Shown here piece after piece: positions 13,388 through 26,254 of a stretch of DNA of 64,000 nucleotides. The notes under the pieces were generated by a model. The model was not told the origin of the DNA, made no database searches, and worked only from the letters and a program-made list of their open reading frames with translations. Location of the stretch: positions 11,842,001 through 11,906,000 of the forward strand of contig CATNEN010000039.1 in NCBI GenBank assembly GCA_950097015.1, read 5' to 3'. Both the position numbers and the translations under genes were made by a program. Source of the stretch: Macrostomum hystrix. Taxonomy: Eukaryota > Animalia > Platyhelminthes. The number at the start of each line of letters is the position of its first letter. Positions within the stretch are counted from its first letter, which is position 1.

Positions 13388-13706
13388 TCAATGCTGCAGG
13401 GGCGTAGATCGCGGCGGCGGAGGCGGCGTCGGCGGTAACTCGGCTTGGCACCATGCCACCACCACAAGAAGCCGCTACAACAACGCCACTAACAATCTCC
13501 TAGGAGCCAGTTCAGCCGATCGCAGACGAAGCAGCCAAGCCAGCAGGCTCCTGACGGTGCATCAGCAGCATCAGCTGCAGCCGCTGCAAGGCCAGTGGCA
13601 CGACGGCTCGCACGAGACGATACCGCTGACCAGCGCTTCGATTGGTGGCGATGATTCTAGACGGCCCAGTGAGATGATCGAGATGTCCGAGAACGGCGAG
13701 GTCTGA
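13388..13706 (+). CDS. GPCR last exon, C-terminal tail
   Basis: Phase-2 acceptor; QCCRG... (putative palmitoylation CC), open to TGA at 13704-13706. Confidence 0.8.
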
Positions 13707-13910
13707 ACCATGGCCGTCTAGAGACACCGATATGTGACCGCTTGAGTACAGAGAATAACTTAAGTGATGATACTCGCAGATTAGATTGATACTCTTTATT
13801 ATAGAGTTGCATAGGTTTGGCCATGGACAATATACCCGAACAATTGAATACGTGAGAATAGAGTCATACCATTGTAGGGACCCTTACGAAATCTACGGAA
13901 GATTTTTAAG

Positions 13911-15033
13911 AGTTACTACACCTAACCAGTTGAGCCAGATGTATGGTCTGTGAATTTAGCCCCTGTACAGGCCAACCAAAATGCCAACCCCAGATGTAAT
14001 AAAATGAATGTCCTAGCTGGAGCGTGAGGAATTTAAAGCTAGCGAATATTCACTATTCACCGGGGTCGGTGCCCTACCAATCGTTTCAATAGCAGCAGGG
14101 AAATCTGGAATTAAATAGCGTTAGAGACTGTGGTAGCGAGCGAAGCGGAATAGATAAGCCATGAGACCCCCGTGTCGTCCTCCGGCCGGGCGAAACTCCT
14201 AATGAAAAAGGAATAACACAGTATGAAAACGAAGACTCGAATAAATAGATTGGGAGTGATTTAAACAGTTGTGACTCGCTAAGATTCCACATAAGAGTAG
14301 GAATTGATTTGAATCTCGTTTACTTGCTCAAATTGATTAAAAAGTTACACTGACAAAATGAGGATATTCACACGGAAATAAATTATAGCGCGTTCACAGT
14401 GAAAAGCAAAATTTCGTCTAACAAATTGGATATAACAATTTTACTTAAACTGGCCTAATCCGCGCCCTACTCTTCCCGAGAGGCTCCGGTTGTCTCTGCT
14501 TTCAGCGCTGCCCCGACAGATCCTATCGGTTGGCACTCCTTCTGCCTGACGGCGGAGTCTCCGAAGAGAGCACGTACTGACTTCGACAATAAGCGCCTAT
14601 CTAGACCACCCTTGTCAGCGGCGCACTCTCAAGACGCGTAGCGCCGAAAGCTACCTAACTGAACAAGCGGAGCGTGGTCGGGCAGGGAGAGACAAAACAA
14701 AGTGGACTAGCTTGCACGTGCTTCTCAGTGTGAGGCGAATTGCGGAGAACGATAAAAGTCACTGCAAAAACACGCTTCCTTTTATAGAGTCATGTTAACC
14801 CCAAATTAGGCCGATCGGCGAGGTGGATGCCTGGCTGTAGCTTGAGCCAAGGCGACAAATCGCAGTAGACTCGCGACCGCCGTTCTGAGCCCCGGGGTAG
14901 CTTCTTGCCGAGGGTAGACAGGTAGTGAGGCCGGGTCGCTCGCTGATTGGCCGAGACCGTAGCCCATGGGTAGCGCTCGCGGGGTGGGCGTCCGCTTCCC
15001 CGGCTGGTCCAGCCCGGCTTGGCGTGGGTGACT
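13911..15033 (-). mobile_element. Candidate solo LTR or promoter-bearing insertion
   Basis: Inverted ends AGTTAC/GTGACT; flanks TTAAG vs TTTAG; minus-strand TATAAAA at 14780-14786, CCAAT at 14946-14950 and a GC box; CpG-rich; no convincing ORF. Confidence 0.35.
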
Positions 15034-16309
15034 TTTAGCTAAAAAAACACGTTTCTAAAAATAAGTACTGAATAATAACACGGGGAGATAGTAGGGCAAA
15101 CAAGCTGACACCACACAGACACTGACACTGACTGTTCAATACGTATAAGGAATGTTGTCTCTTGCTGAAGGACAATGCTTTTCCCTTGCGATAAGATGAG
15201 AACCCTACAACTATTGTGGTTTGGATATCAATGCTGATAGATGCTGATATCTTCCAGAAGAGCATAATCTAATTATCTATTTTCTTGATAAACATTGTGG
15301 AGTTAAAATGTTGTTGTCTATGGTAGATACTCGAGAAGATAGGCACATCTACATTCCCCACATGAGTGTATTGTTTATCACAGCATTGTTTATCACATTA
15401 TTGCTAGCTGGTAGGAATGTTTTCACTGCAAACTTTTGTTATTGCTCTTCAACTGCCCCTCCATCATCCTACAATCCTACAAGATCCTACAATCAGACCC
15501 TAGGTGTTTTAGGTGCAGCTGCGACCTTCATTATGCCTAAATTATTGTTGTTATTGTTATTATTATTATTATTACTAAGCACGAAGTATACTATATAACT
15601 AGCATTTTACAGTTGATAGCAGTTTTTATTTAAGGCATAGGAGCAATCAAACTAAAGTCTACTAAGTCAATGTTATGAAAGAAAAAGAATTGAGTAAGTC
15701 TTATGTTAGCTCTACCGCTTAGCTGTCGAGTTGTCAGAGCATGTTGTCAGACCTGTCAGATCATCTGATTGAGCACGTTTTAGGCTGAATTGGCAGTTTA
15801 CTCATAGTCGTAGTTTTCTTTTTTTGCTTAGTGCATCACAAGAAGCTATTGTTTTCGAATCCTATTGCCCAATGTCTAAGCCTAATGTCCAACTAATATA
15901 TTTAGCATGCACTATAGGTCTTAGTAAACAGATACCTCCGTCCCTTAAAATACTTAACTAGAAATAAAAAAAACTGAACTGTTTTGGTGTCCTGATGAAA
16001 GTCTTAATTGTATAAATTCGTATTTTTTCTGCGCCAATGCACCACGCTTTAATATTTATTCACACGAAAAGCACTAATCCATACAATTCATTTGCAACAT
16101 TCCTCCGAATCACATCTTTGATTTATGACCCAGTGTTTTGTCATCGTTTCAACAAAACCTTACTGTACAAAAATATATTCACAAAAACTTAATATTGTTA
16201 CGTTAACTTATTTGACTTTACATTAGGAATAAAAATCTCGAAGGCCAAAAACTACTAAGTTCGTCGACAATTTTTTCTAGTACTAATGCTAAGTGCTCTA
16301 CGAAGGGGT

Positions 16310-16790
16310 CGTTGTTTGCTTAAAGAGGCGGTTTGTTTGACGCGAATGTACATTGGCAGAGGATCGTTGTTTGCTCTAGGGGACTGGTTCGTTTTACTCG
16401 AGTGTTAATTGGGAGGGGGTGGGTTGTTTGCTCTAGGGGACTGGTTCCTTTTACTTGAGTGTTAATTGGGAGGGGGTGGGTTGTTTGCTCTAGGGGACTG
16501 GTTCGTTTTACTTGAGTGTTAATTGGGGGGGTGGGTTGTTTGCTCTAGGGGACTGGTTCGTTTTACTTGAGTGTTAATTGGGGGGGGTGGGTTGTTTGCT
16601 CTAGGGGACTGGTTCGTTTTACTTGAGTGTTAATTGGGAGGGGGTGGGTTGTTTGCTCTAGGGGACTGGTTCGTTTTACTTAAGTGTTAATTGGGAGGGG
16701 TGGGTTGTTTGCTCTAGGGGACTGGTTCGTTTTACTTGAGTGTGCATTGCAAGAGGGTGGTTGTTTGCTGTAGTGGACGGATTTGTTTGA
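16310..16790. repeat. Minisatellite, ~57-bp unit
   Basis: GTTTGCTCTAGGGGACTGGTTCGTTTTACTTGAGTGTTAATTGGGAGGGGGTGGGTT in tandem. Confidence 0.9.
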
Positions 16791-17619
16791 ATCGAGTTTA
16801 CAGTAGGAGAGATTGCTGAAAAATCAAAGCAAATATAATTAATGTTCGTGTCAGTGATTGGTTGCTTTCGAAATAGATAATTGTTTTGTGACACACGAAA
16901 CATATCTCAAAGAGTTTATTTAGCCGACTGATATTAATGGTTAATGTAATAAAGGGTTCTAAAACCCGTAGAATAGTAGCTAATATCGCGTCAGTAATTT
17001 TTAGGTGAATAATTTTAACAACTTTCGAGATAAATACTCTAGTGCGTAGTTACGTGCAGAAAAAAAATAAAAATTATCTAATTAAAATACGAGTATATTG
17101 CTTAAAAATTATAGACGCAGTAGATATTGACGTATAAAAAAACTAAGAAAGTACAGAACATATGATTCTGCCAAAACTAACGAAATGTGCATGATTATTA
17201 TCGTTATTTTGAGGACTAGATTTAGTTATGATTTATGCCTGGTTAGGAACAAATAGCTAGATTATCGATAAATCATGCGACTAAGCGTTTAAAATAAATT
17301 ATTATTAGCCTTTCGTATCGCAGATTTGAGCAAATTAAAAACAAAGGAAACGCCATTGATTGATGAGAACAAAAATGCCTTAATGCTTTGACGCTGGACG
17401 CGAAATCGGCACACAATGAGCTAGAAAAACCTTATCCGACACGAATTTTTAGAGTAAAAGAAATTCTCTACCGTGTCTGACTTTATAAAAAAAGCTAGGT
17501 TCCTAATAATATGTTTAACCTAATTACGAATCTATCCGATATGCGTTTCACTTGCACACATATCATCAAAAAACACATATAATCTATGTCAATCAGGTGC
17601 GATTAACGTGAAACATAAC

Positions 17620-18080
17620 GATTCTATATAAAACAGGACGAATCTATGTGAAACGCATAGAATTTATGTGAAACACAAAAATCTATGTGAAACGCATAGA
17701 ATCTATGTGAAACACAAATAATCTATGTGAAATGCATATAATCTATGTGAAACACAAAAAATCTATGTGTAATGCATAGAATCTATGTGAAACACAAAAA
17801 ATCTATGTGAAACACAAAGAATCTATGTGAAACGCATAGAATTCATGTGAAACACAAATAATCTATGTGAAAGGCATAGAAGCTATGTGAAACATACAAT
17901 CTATGTGAAACGCAAAGAATCTATTTGAAACACAAATAATTTATGTGAAACGCATAAAATCTAAGTGGAAAACATCGAGTCTATGTGAGACACATCAAAT
18001 ATATATAAAACGCATTGAATTTATGTGAAACACATATATTCTACTAGCGTCTGTGAAACACACAAAATCCATGTGAACGA
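17620..18080. repeat. Minisatellite, ~20-bp unit (ATCTATGTGAAACACAAAAA)
   Basis: Tandem array. Confidence 0.9.
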
Positions 18081-18314
18081 AAAGAAAGTTTGTAAGAAGT
18101 TTGTAATAAAAAACACTAAACATTAATATTAATAGACATGTACAAATCTATCACTGGGTAAAAAAGTGAGTTCTAGAAAAAAATAAAATACACCAACTTA
18201 TGTTACACCATTACACCATGTTACACCAACAGCAGTGCGAACAAAAATGCGCATTGAAAAACTTACTGACATAATCGAGAAAGAATATAAACGACACCTA
18301 GTCCAGCTGCTAGA

Positions 18315-18657
18315 GGTCTGTGGCAGAGCGGTCTAACGCGTTTGCCTCTCGCACCAAGGACCCTGAGCTCGATTCCGAGGCGAGGCCACATCCATTAGAA
18401 GGGCAGCCGCGGAGAGAAGGCTTGGTGGCTTGTCGTACAATTTAACCATTGAGGGGCAACCTTGAAGGAAGAGGAAAGTGTACACTGCCTGACGACGAGA
18501 AAGTCAGGGCAGATGTACTCACCTGCGTGAGCTTGTGACTGCGTACACTGCGTACAGTATCTGTGTACGTGTGCTCAGGAGTCAGCGGAATAGGCAGAAG
18601 TGCCTCCTGGCTGGCTGCGGGTCTAGTGTCACTATAGTGCCCAGTGCCCACAACCCT
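18315..18657 (+). mobile_element. tRNA-derived SINE, family 1, copy B (most complete)
   Basis: A-box TGGCAGAGCGG and B-box GCTCGATTCC in a ~74-nt tRNA-like head; body shared with two other copies. Confidence 0.8.
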
Positions 18658-18713
18658 CCTGCAGTTATTAATAGTCCAGTGAGGCCAGATCTACAGTAAG
18701 TGGCACAGCCGCA

Positions 18714-18786
18714 GCTATTGCGCGGCGCATCAGAATGCTGCTTATGGCTGTTCAGTCCACGGACAGGAGCGAACCCCTGACCTTCA
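18714..18786 (-). mobile_element. Internally deleted fragment of SINE family 2
   Basis: CTATTGCGC...GGCTGTTCAGTCCA matches 50018-50058 and is joined to CGAACCCC..GACCTTC, matching 50173-50188. Confidence 0.5.
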
Positions 18787-18917
18787 AGAAATAAATCAAT
18801 GCATGATTTCTAGGCAATGGGATTCTCTAAATTGGGATTTTTTAATTTTATCAAGTTCTACAGGAATTAGGTAACTAATGGGAGAACTGGGAGAATAAAG
18901 ATAAAGAAAAAAACTAA

Positions 18918-19003
18918 TCACAATGAGGGCAGAGGAGGCGAGTCAACACCGGAGCTGGAATCGGCAGTGCAGTCAACTGAGCAAGCCGAGTCTGAGTCCA
19001 CTA

Positions 19004-19034
<31 letters not shown>

Positions 19035-19462
19035 ATAGATGACAGGCAGGTCGAAGGCCTCGATGTCCCAATACGAAGGCGGCGGATCAGCGTGCGGTGG
19101 CTTGAATGGAGCGAATGACATGGACGAGGCGAAGGCCGGCGGTAGGAGAAGGAAGTCGCCGCCGCTGCCGGTGGCTGCTGAGGCGGTCGCCATCGACTGC
19201 TGAATGAGCTGCTGCTCCAGCAACGCCCGCTGGAGTTCGTAGCGCCGACGTCGATTCAAATAGAGCAGGTAGAGCAGAGCGCAGAATGATGCGGCCAATA
19301 GGAAGGCGATGAGAGCCACTGATAGGGTGAGAATACCGCTGGAGTCCGCGTTGAAACTGGGGCCGCCGCCGCCGACGCCTCCGCCGCTGTCCCAGATGCT
19401 TCTGCCGCGTGGTACGCAGGTGAAGCTGCAGCAGTCCTGCTTGGAGACAAGGGCTTCCTGGC
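18918..19462 (-). CDS. DGCR2/IDD-like single-pass membrane protein, last exon (end of VWC, TM, cytoplasmic tail)
   Basis: CCSFTC, hydrophobic ILTLSVALIAFLLAASFCALLYLLYL, RRRR stop-transfer, PPPSY motif, TGA. Confidence 0.75.
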
Positions 19463-19579
19463 CTGCGAACGGCAGGTGAACAGGGTGGGAAACTGGTGAG
19501 CTGAAAAACTGGTAGTTGGACAGACAGACAGACAGACCGACAGAAAGACAGTCAGAAACACAGACATAGCTAAACTGAC

Positions 19580-19756
19580 CATCCGGGCACTGGCTGGCGG
19601 GCACACTGCAGGTCACAGATTGACACATCGCAGCCTCGCCGTTGACGCAGCGGCAGCGGGTGCACTTATCGTAGCCCAGTGGATAAAACTGCTTGCCGTG
19701 GAGCACAACCTCGCCTAGTCGACTAGGGCAGCTCTTGTAGGTTCTCTCAGGTTCGG
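19580..19756 (-). CDS. DGCR2/IDD-like exon, VWC domain
   Basis: CPSRLGEVVLHGKQFYPLGYDKCTRCRCVNGEAAMCQSVTC has DGCR2-type VWC cysteine spacing; phase-1 junctions. Confidence 0.75.
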
Positions 19757-19934
19757 CTGTTGTTGTGTTAAACATTTTCGACTTGTTGACGGATGTTCAA
19801 AAATTATTTTTTAATTTAATCTGATTAAACTTAAAACTTGTTGAAAAATTTTTACAGTGTTTTTATTAGAACCTGAAATAATAGGCGATTTGAGGTGGTT
19901 TCAGTAAAATTATATAGAGTATAAATCATGTCAG

Positions 19935-20330
19935 GCCGGGTGTACATTCTTAGTGCAGGCTGGGGAAGAGTTTTTTTAGGGATGGTGGGTGTGCGTACAT
20001 TCTGAGCGGAGACTGAGAAGTTTTAGGCGTGGTGGGTGTGCGTACATTCTGAGCGGAGACTGGGCAGAGTTTTTAGGGATGGTGGGTGTGCGTACATTCT
20101 GAGCGGAGACTGGGGAAGAGTTTTTTAGGGGTGGTGGGTGTGCGTACATTCTGAGCGGAGACTGGGGAAGAGTTTTTAGGCGTGGTGGGTGTGCGTACAT
20201 TCTGAGCGGAGACTGGCGAAGAGTTTTTAGGCGTGGTGGGTGTGCGTACATTCTGAGCGGAGACTGGGGAAGAGTTTTTAGGCGTGGTGGGTGTGCGTAC
20301 ATTCTGAGCGGAGACTGGGGAAGACCGGAG
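19935..20330. repeat. Minisatellite, 51-bp unit, intronic
   Basis: Tandem array; gives the 17-aa periodic ORF. Confidence 0.9.
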
Positions 20331-20403
20331 ACTGAATAGAAAACAAAATGAGACAAAATCCCAAAACTTTTTTGCATTTTATTGATCTCCAAAACTTCGC
20401 CAC

Positions 20404-20467
20404 CTAAGCATGAAAACAGCTGCATTTTAACAAAAAGCGTGTGTAGTAGGATAATAAATATATTCAT
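20404..20467 (-). CDS. DGCR2-like putative signal-peptide exon
   Basis: MNIFIILLHTLFVKMQLFSCL G|gtggcg; phase 1 matches the acceptor at 19756. Confidence 0.5.
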
Positions 20468-20829
20468 CAGGAGTTAAAAATACCTTCGAGATTCATAGAA
20501 AAATGAAAAAATATCTAAAATTTGTTTAAAGCGAACTTCTGTACACATTTATAGTATTAGTAATAACTTGTCATATGAGGTCAATATCGATATAAGAAAC
20601 TAAAATAATTATTAATGAAAGGCAAAGGCAACGAAAAGTTGCCATGTTCTACACAAAATGAACGAAAACATAATATAACAAAATTAGCTGTCACGTTAGG
20701 TGTGTGTCAGTAAAAAAGCTATTCATAACAATGTGACTACATATTACATTAGCGGTCTAAAAACCATTCTTCAAATCAAAATACATTACACTATCCAATG
20801 TAAATTAAGACGTTAAAAATACTCTGACA

Positions 20830-22190
20830 GAGTGGTATCATCAGATTCGGTCATAGATAGTGGTATCATCAGATTCGGTCATATATAGTGGTATCATCAG
20901 ATTCGGTCATATATAGTGGTATCATCAGATTCGGTCATAAACTGGGTGGCATCAACAGATCCGGTCATAAACTGGGTGGCATCAACAGATCCGGTCATAA
21001 ACTGGGTGGCATCAACAGATCCGGTCATAAACTATGTGGCATCAACAGATCGGGTCATAAACTGGGTGGCATCAACAGATCCGGTCATAAACTGGGTGGC
21101 ATCAACAGATCGGGTCATAAACTGGGTGGCATCAACAGATCGGGTCATAAACTGGGTGGCATCAACAGATCCGGTCATAAACTGGGTGGCATCAACAGAT
21201 CCGGTCATAAACTGGGTTGCATCAACAGATCCGGTCATAAACTATGTGGCATCAACAGATCCGGTCATAAACTGGGTGGCATCAACAGATCCGGTCATAA
21301 ACTGGGTGGCATCAACAGATCCGGTCATAAACTGGGTGGCATCAACAGATCCGGTCATAAACTGGGTGGCATCAACAGATCCGGTCATAAACTGGGTGGC
21401 ATCAACAGATCCGGTCATAAACTGGGTGGCATCAACAGATCCGGTCATAAACTGGGTTGCATCAACAGATCCGGTCATAAACTATGTGGCATCAACAGAT
21501 CCGGTCATAAACTGGGTGGCATCAACAGATCCGGTCATAAACTGGGTGGCATCAACAGATCCGGTCATAAACTGGGTGGCATCAACAGATCCGGTCATAA
21601 ACTGTGGCATCAACAGATCCGGTCATAAACTGGGTGGCATCAACAGATCCGGTCATAAACTGGGTGGCATCAACAGATCGGGTCATAAACTGGGTGGCAT
21701 CAACAGATCCGGTCATAAACTGTGGCATCAACAGATCCGGTCATAAACTGTGGCATCAACAGATCCGGTCATAAACTGGGTGGCATCAACAGATCCGGTC
21801 ATAAACTGGGTGGCATCAACAGATCGGGTCATAAACTGGGTGGCATCAACAGATCCGGTCATAAACTGTGGCATCAACAGATCCGGTCATAAACTGTGGC
21901 ATCAACAGATCCGGTCATAAACTGTGGCATCAACAGATCGGGTCATAAACTGGGTGGCATCAACAGATCCGGTCATAAACTGGGTGGCATCAACAGATCC
22001 GGTCATAAACTGGGTGGCATCAACAGATCCGGTCATAAACTGGGTGGCATCAACAGATCCGGTCATAAACTGGGTGGCATCAACAGATCCGGTCATAAAC
22101 TGGGTGGCATCAACAGATCCGGTCATAAACTGGGTGGCATCAACAGATCCGGTCATAAACTGGGTGGCATCAACAGATTCTGTCACAAAA
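20830..22190. repeat. Minisatellite, 30-bp unit (ACTGGGTGGCATCAACAGATCCGGTCATAA) with 28-bp variants
   Basis: Tandem array. Confidence 0.95.
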
Positions 22191-22599
22191 TGTGTTTTTA
22201 TCAGATTCGGTTATAGACTGGGTAACACATCGGTGTGTAACTTATTTCCGTTTAGCTCGGCTCACATCAAATCTAGTAAAGGCGATAATGACAAGACCGA
22301 CTACATTAAGTTCCCCACTGAATCCTTCCGTTGGATAATAAAAGCCAGAGGGTGTTAATTAGCCAGCAGAAAATAAAATAGACTTGCCTGCTCAAAGACG
22401 AAATCAGAAACAACTCAGGCCGCACAAAATTATTTCAACAGTCAGCTTTTAAATTAAATAGAAACAAAATTCCATACGCTGAAAGTCTAAACCCCACAAA
22501 AATAGAGTAAAATTATCCGGCTAGATTTTAGGTACTTTTTTGAGAGGAGATTCACCAACCTTTAAAGACAAATTACAGATCATGCGACACTTACCATAA

Positions 22600-23745
22600 C
22601 TACAGATCATTCACCGTTTACCTGCTTCACAGATCATTTACTAACTTCACAGGTCATTCACTAACTTCACAGGTCATTCACCAACTTCACAGGTCATTCA
22701 CCAACTTCACAGATTATTCACCAACTTCACAGGTCATTCACCAACTTCACAGATTATTCACCAACTTCACAGGTCATTCACCAACTTCACAGGTCATTCA
22801 CCAACTTCACAGGTCATTCACTAACTTCACAGGTCATTCACTAACTTCACAGGTCATTCACCAACTTCACAGGTCATTCACCAACTTTACACATCATTCA
22901 ATAACTTCACAGGTCATTCACCAACTTCACAGGTCATTCACCAACTTCACAGGTCATTCACTAACTTCACAGGTCATTCAACAACTTCACAGATCATTTA
23001 CTAACTTCACAGGTCATTCACTAACTTCACAGGTCATTCACCAACTTCACAGGTCATTCACCAACTTTACACATCATTCAATAACTTCACAGGTCATTCA
23101 CCAACTTCACAGGTCATTCACCAACTTCACAGGTCATTCAGCAACTTCACAGGTCATTCACCAACTTCACAGGTCATTCACTAACTTCACATGTCATTCA
23201 CTAACTTTACAGATCATTCACCAACTTCACAGGTCATTCACCAACTTCACAGGTCATTCACCAACTTCACATGTCATTCACCAACTTTACATGTCATTCA
23301 CTAACTTTACAGATCATTCACCAACTTCACAGGTCATTCACCAACTTCACAGGTCATTCACCAACTTCACAGGTCATTCACCAACTTCACAGATCATTCA
23401 CCAACTTCACAGATCATTCACCAACTTCACAGGTCATTCACCAACTTCACAGGTCATTCACCAACTTCACAGGTCATTCACTAACTTCACAGGTCATTCA
23501 ACAACTTCACAGACCAGTCACCAACTTTACACATCATTCAATAACTTCACAGATCATTCACTAACATCACAGATCGTTTACCAACATCACAGATCATTCA
23601 CCAACATCACAGATCATTCACTAACATCACAGATCATTCACTAACATCACAGATCATTCACTAACATCACAGATCATTCACTAACATCACAGATCATTCA
23701 CTAACATCACAGATCATTCACTAACTTCACAGATGATTCACATTC
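22600..23745. repeat. Minisatellite, 20-bp unit (CCAACTTCACAGGTCATTCA), directly after the AKTIP stop
   Basis: Tandem array. Confidence 0.95.
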
Positions 23746-23752
23746 ATCAGCT

Positions 23753-24098
23753 TCACTGATAGCCGCCGCTGAGAATGCGCATTGTTCCGGGGTCCATCCA
23801 GCTTGGCACCGGGGGTAACTGCCTTCGACCCAGACGCCAGAGGCCAACAGACCAGGCGTCGGCTAGCTCGCGGCTGCCGGCCTCTTCAAGCATGGTCGAG
23901 CGGAGCTCTTCGAATTCGTCGCCTTCGTCAGTGAGCGCATTCTCAGCGGAGGCAAGGCGCCAGAGCCGCGCCGCAGGGTCGACATCGTTGGCGTTGTCGT
24001 CCGCATCGCCGGAATTCGATGACGACTGCGCGGCTAGAGACGCTTCGGCGTCGGCTTCTAGGCGACGGCGAAAGGCTTCGCGATCTTCCAGGTAGAGC
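23753..24098 (-). CDS. AKTIP: AKT-interacting protein / Fused toes homolog, exon 2
   Basis: Phase-2 join gives ANPEAARLYLEDREAFRRR; C-terminal SWMDPG resembles the AKTIP SWVxPG; ends in TGA. Confidence 0.8.
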
Positions 24099-24114
24099 CT
24101 GGGTTTGTTGGATG

Positions 24115-25200
24115 GTTCAGTGTATATAGGGAATGGGATTCAGTGTACATAGGAACTGGGGTTAGGGTTAGGAATTAGGGTTAGGGTTAGGGTTAGGGTT
24201 AGGAATAGGAACTGGGGTTCAGTGTGCATGGGAACTGGGGTTAAGTGTACATAGGAACTGGGGTTAAGTGTACATAGTAACTGGGGTTCAGTGTACATAG
24301 GGACTGGGGTTCAGTGTACATAGGGACTGGGGTTAAGTGTACATAGTAACTGGGGTTAAGTGTACAAAGGAACTGGGGTTAAGTGTACATAGTAACTGGG
24401 GTTCAGTGTACATAGGAACTGGGGTTAAGTGTACATAGTAACTGGGGTTCAGTGTACATAGGAACTTGGGTTCAGTGTACATAAGGGAATGGGGTTCAGT
24501 GTACATAGGGACTGGGTTCAGTGTACATAGTAACTGGGGTTCAGTGTACATAGGAACTGGGGTTCAGTGTACATAGGAACTGGCGTTAAGTGTACATAGG
24601 AACTGGGGTTAAGTGTACATAGTAACTGGGGTTAAGTGTACATAGGAACTGGGGTTAAGTGTACATAGTAACTGGGGTTCAGTGTACATAGGAACTGGGG
24701 TTAAGTGTACATAGTAACTGGGGTTCAGTGTACATAGGGACTGGGGTTCAGTGTACATAGGGACTGGGGTTCAGTGTACATAGGGACTGGGGTTCAGTGT
24801 ACATAGGGACTGGGGTTCAGTGAAAATGGGGACTGGGGTTCAGTGTACATAGGGACTGGGGTTCAGTGTACATAGGAACTGGGGTTCAGTGTACATAGTA
24901 ACTGGGGTTCAGTGTACATAGGAACTGGGGTTCAGTGTACATAGGAACTGGGGTTCAGTGTACATAGGGACTGGGGTTCAGTGTACATAGGAACTGGGGT
25001 TCAGTGTACATAGGAACTGGGGTTCAGTGTACATAGGGACTGGGGTTCAGTGTACATAGGGACTGGGGTTCAGTGTACATAGGGACTGGGGTTCAGTGTA
25101 CATAGGGACTGGGGTTCAGTGTACATAGGGACTGGGGTTCAGTGTACATAGGAACTTGGGTTCAGTGTACATAGGAACTTGGGTTCAGTGTACATAAAGA
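24115..25200. repeat. Minisatellite, 23-bp unit (GGAACTGGGGTTCAGTGTACATA), intronic, with embedded TTAGGG tract
   Basis: Tandem array; (TTAGGG)n at 24162-24204. Confidence 0.95.
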
Positions 25201-25561
25201 ATGGGGTATTGTTCATATGGGCGTAGATGAGTGTACATGAGGATTGCGATTGAGTGTACATGAGGGCTAGAGTTAAGTGTAAATAAGAGTTAAGGTCGAG
25301 TTCAAATAAGAGTCAAGGTGGAGTGTGCTCTAGGGTCGGGCTGAGTTGTAAACAGTTTAAAACTAATTGCATAAAAATCCAAGAAGTATGATTAAATCAA
25401 AACCAAGACAAAAAAGAATGTAGTTAAAATCATTCCGCCTAAAATGTACAGGAAAAGTATCAAAGTCGGATATCCTAAAAAGATAGACTTATTTTCTGCA
25501 TCTTTATTTGAAGCACAGACTGTACTGGGATAATTGTATCCGCTAAGAACTGATGCCTTAC

Positions 25562-25625
25562 CTAGCAGCCTCAGGGTTGGCATATTGTCCAGCTGATACA
25601 CACTCTGCTACACTGTTGTAGGAAA

Positions 25626-25664
<39 letters not shown>

Positions 25665-26121
25665 TCTCAACGGAGGCAGAGACAACTCCTGGCACTTCAA
25701 CACGCGACAGAATCCGGCGCAGATGATGCAAGGCCTGCCAGAGTCGGTGCACGCCAGGCCGCCAATTGTCGGCGAAGCTGCCCAAGTCGACAATGCCGGT
25801 GTCGGCGGCAACGCGTGGATGAAACGGCGCTGTCGATGTCGCCAGAGTGACCAGCGGACAGGCGCTACCCGGCAAGGGATAATCGGATGGTACTCGCAGA
25901 CTGAAACGCACCAGGTGACCGCGATAGGGTCCGTGGCGGACGAACAGACAGCCGAACCACAGCCTGGGATCCGCGGCTGACGGCAGGGGATAACAGCCGG
26001 GCACGGGGTGGGCCAGAGCAGACGCGTACTCCTGCCGCATTGAGTAGGCAAGCACAATGGGATCCACAGCCTGAGCGACTGCCGGCTGCTCAGCCTCCGA
26101 GGCCAATGAAGACTGCATCAT
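25562..26121 (-). CDS. AKTIP: AKT-interacting protein / Fused toes homolog (E2 variant), exon 1
   Basis: WFGCLFVRHGPY, PSDYP, FHPRV...GIVDL (UBC fold with no catalytic Cys), WRPGVHRLWQAL. Confidence 0.85.
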
Positions 26122-26254
26122 TGGACTGTAAGTGGGAAGAAATCTATTGAAATTTATCTCCGAAGTGGAGCTGAAAACTACGTTTTTTAACTTAAAATTG
26201 GGAGATTTTAACTAGGATTTTCTATCCCTATAAGTCTGCGTTTCGAGATAGTGT

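Noticed and set aside
14158-14200. Hammerhead-like ATGAG...CGAAAC
   Set aside because: Lacks the CUGANGA core, and no convincing stems I and III.
18315-18388. Functional tRNA gene
   Set aside because: Imperfect stems, no oligo-T terminator, and it continues into a body shared with other dispersed copies, so it is a SINE head.
18488-18510. Hammerhead ribozyme core (CTGACGA...GAAA) in the SINE
   Set aside because: No stem II, and the core bases pair with each other in a simple hairpin.
20830-23745. CRISPR-like regular repeats
   Set aside because: Head-to-tail units with no unique spacers, no cas genes, and a eukaryotic context.
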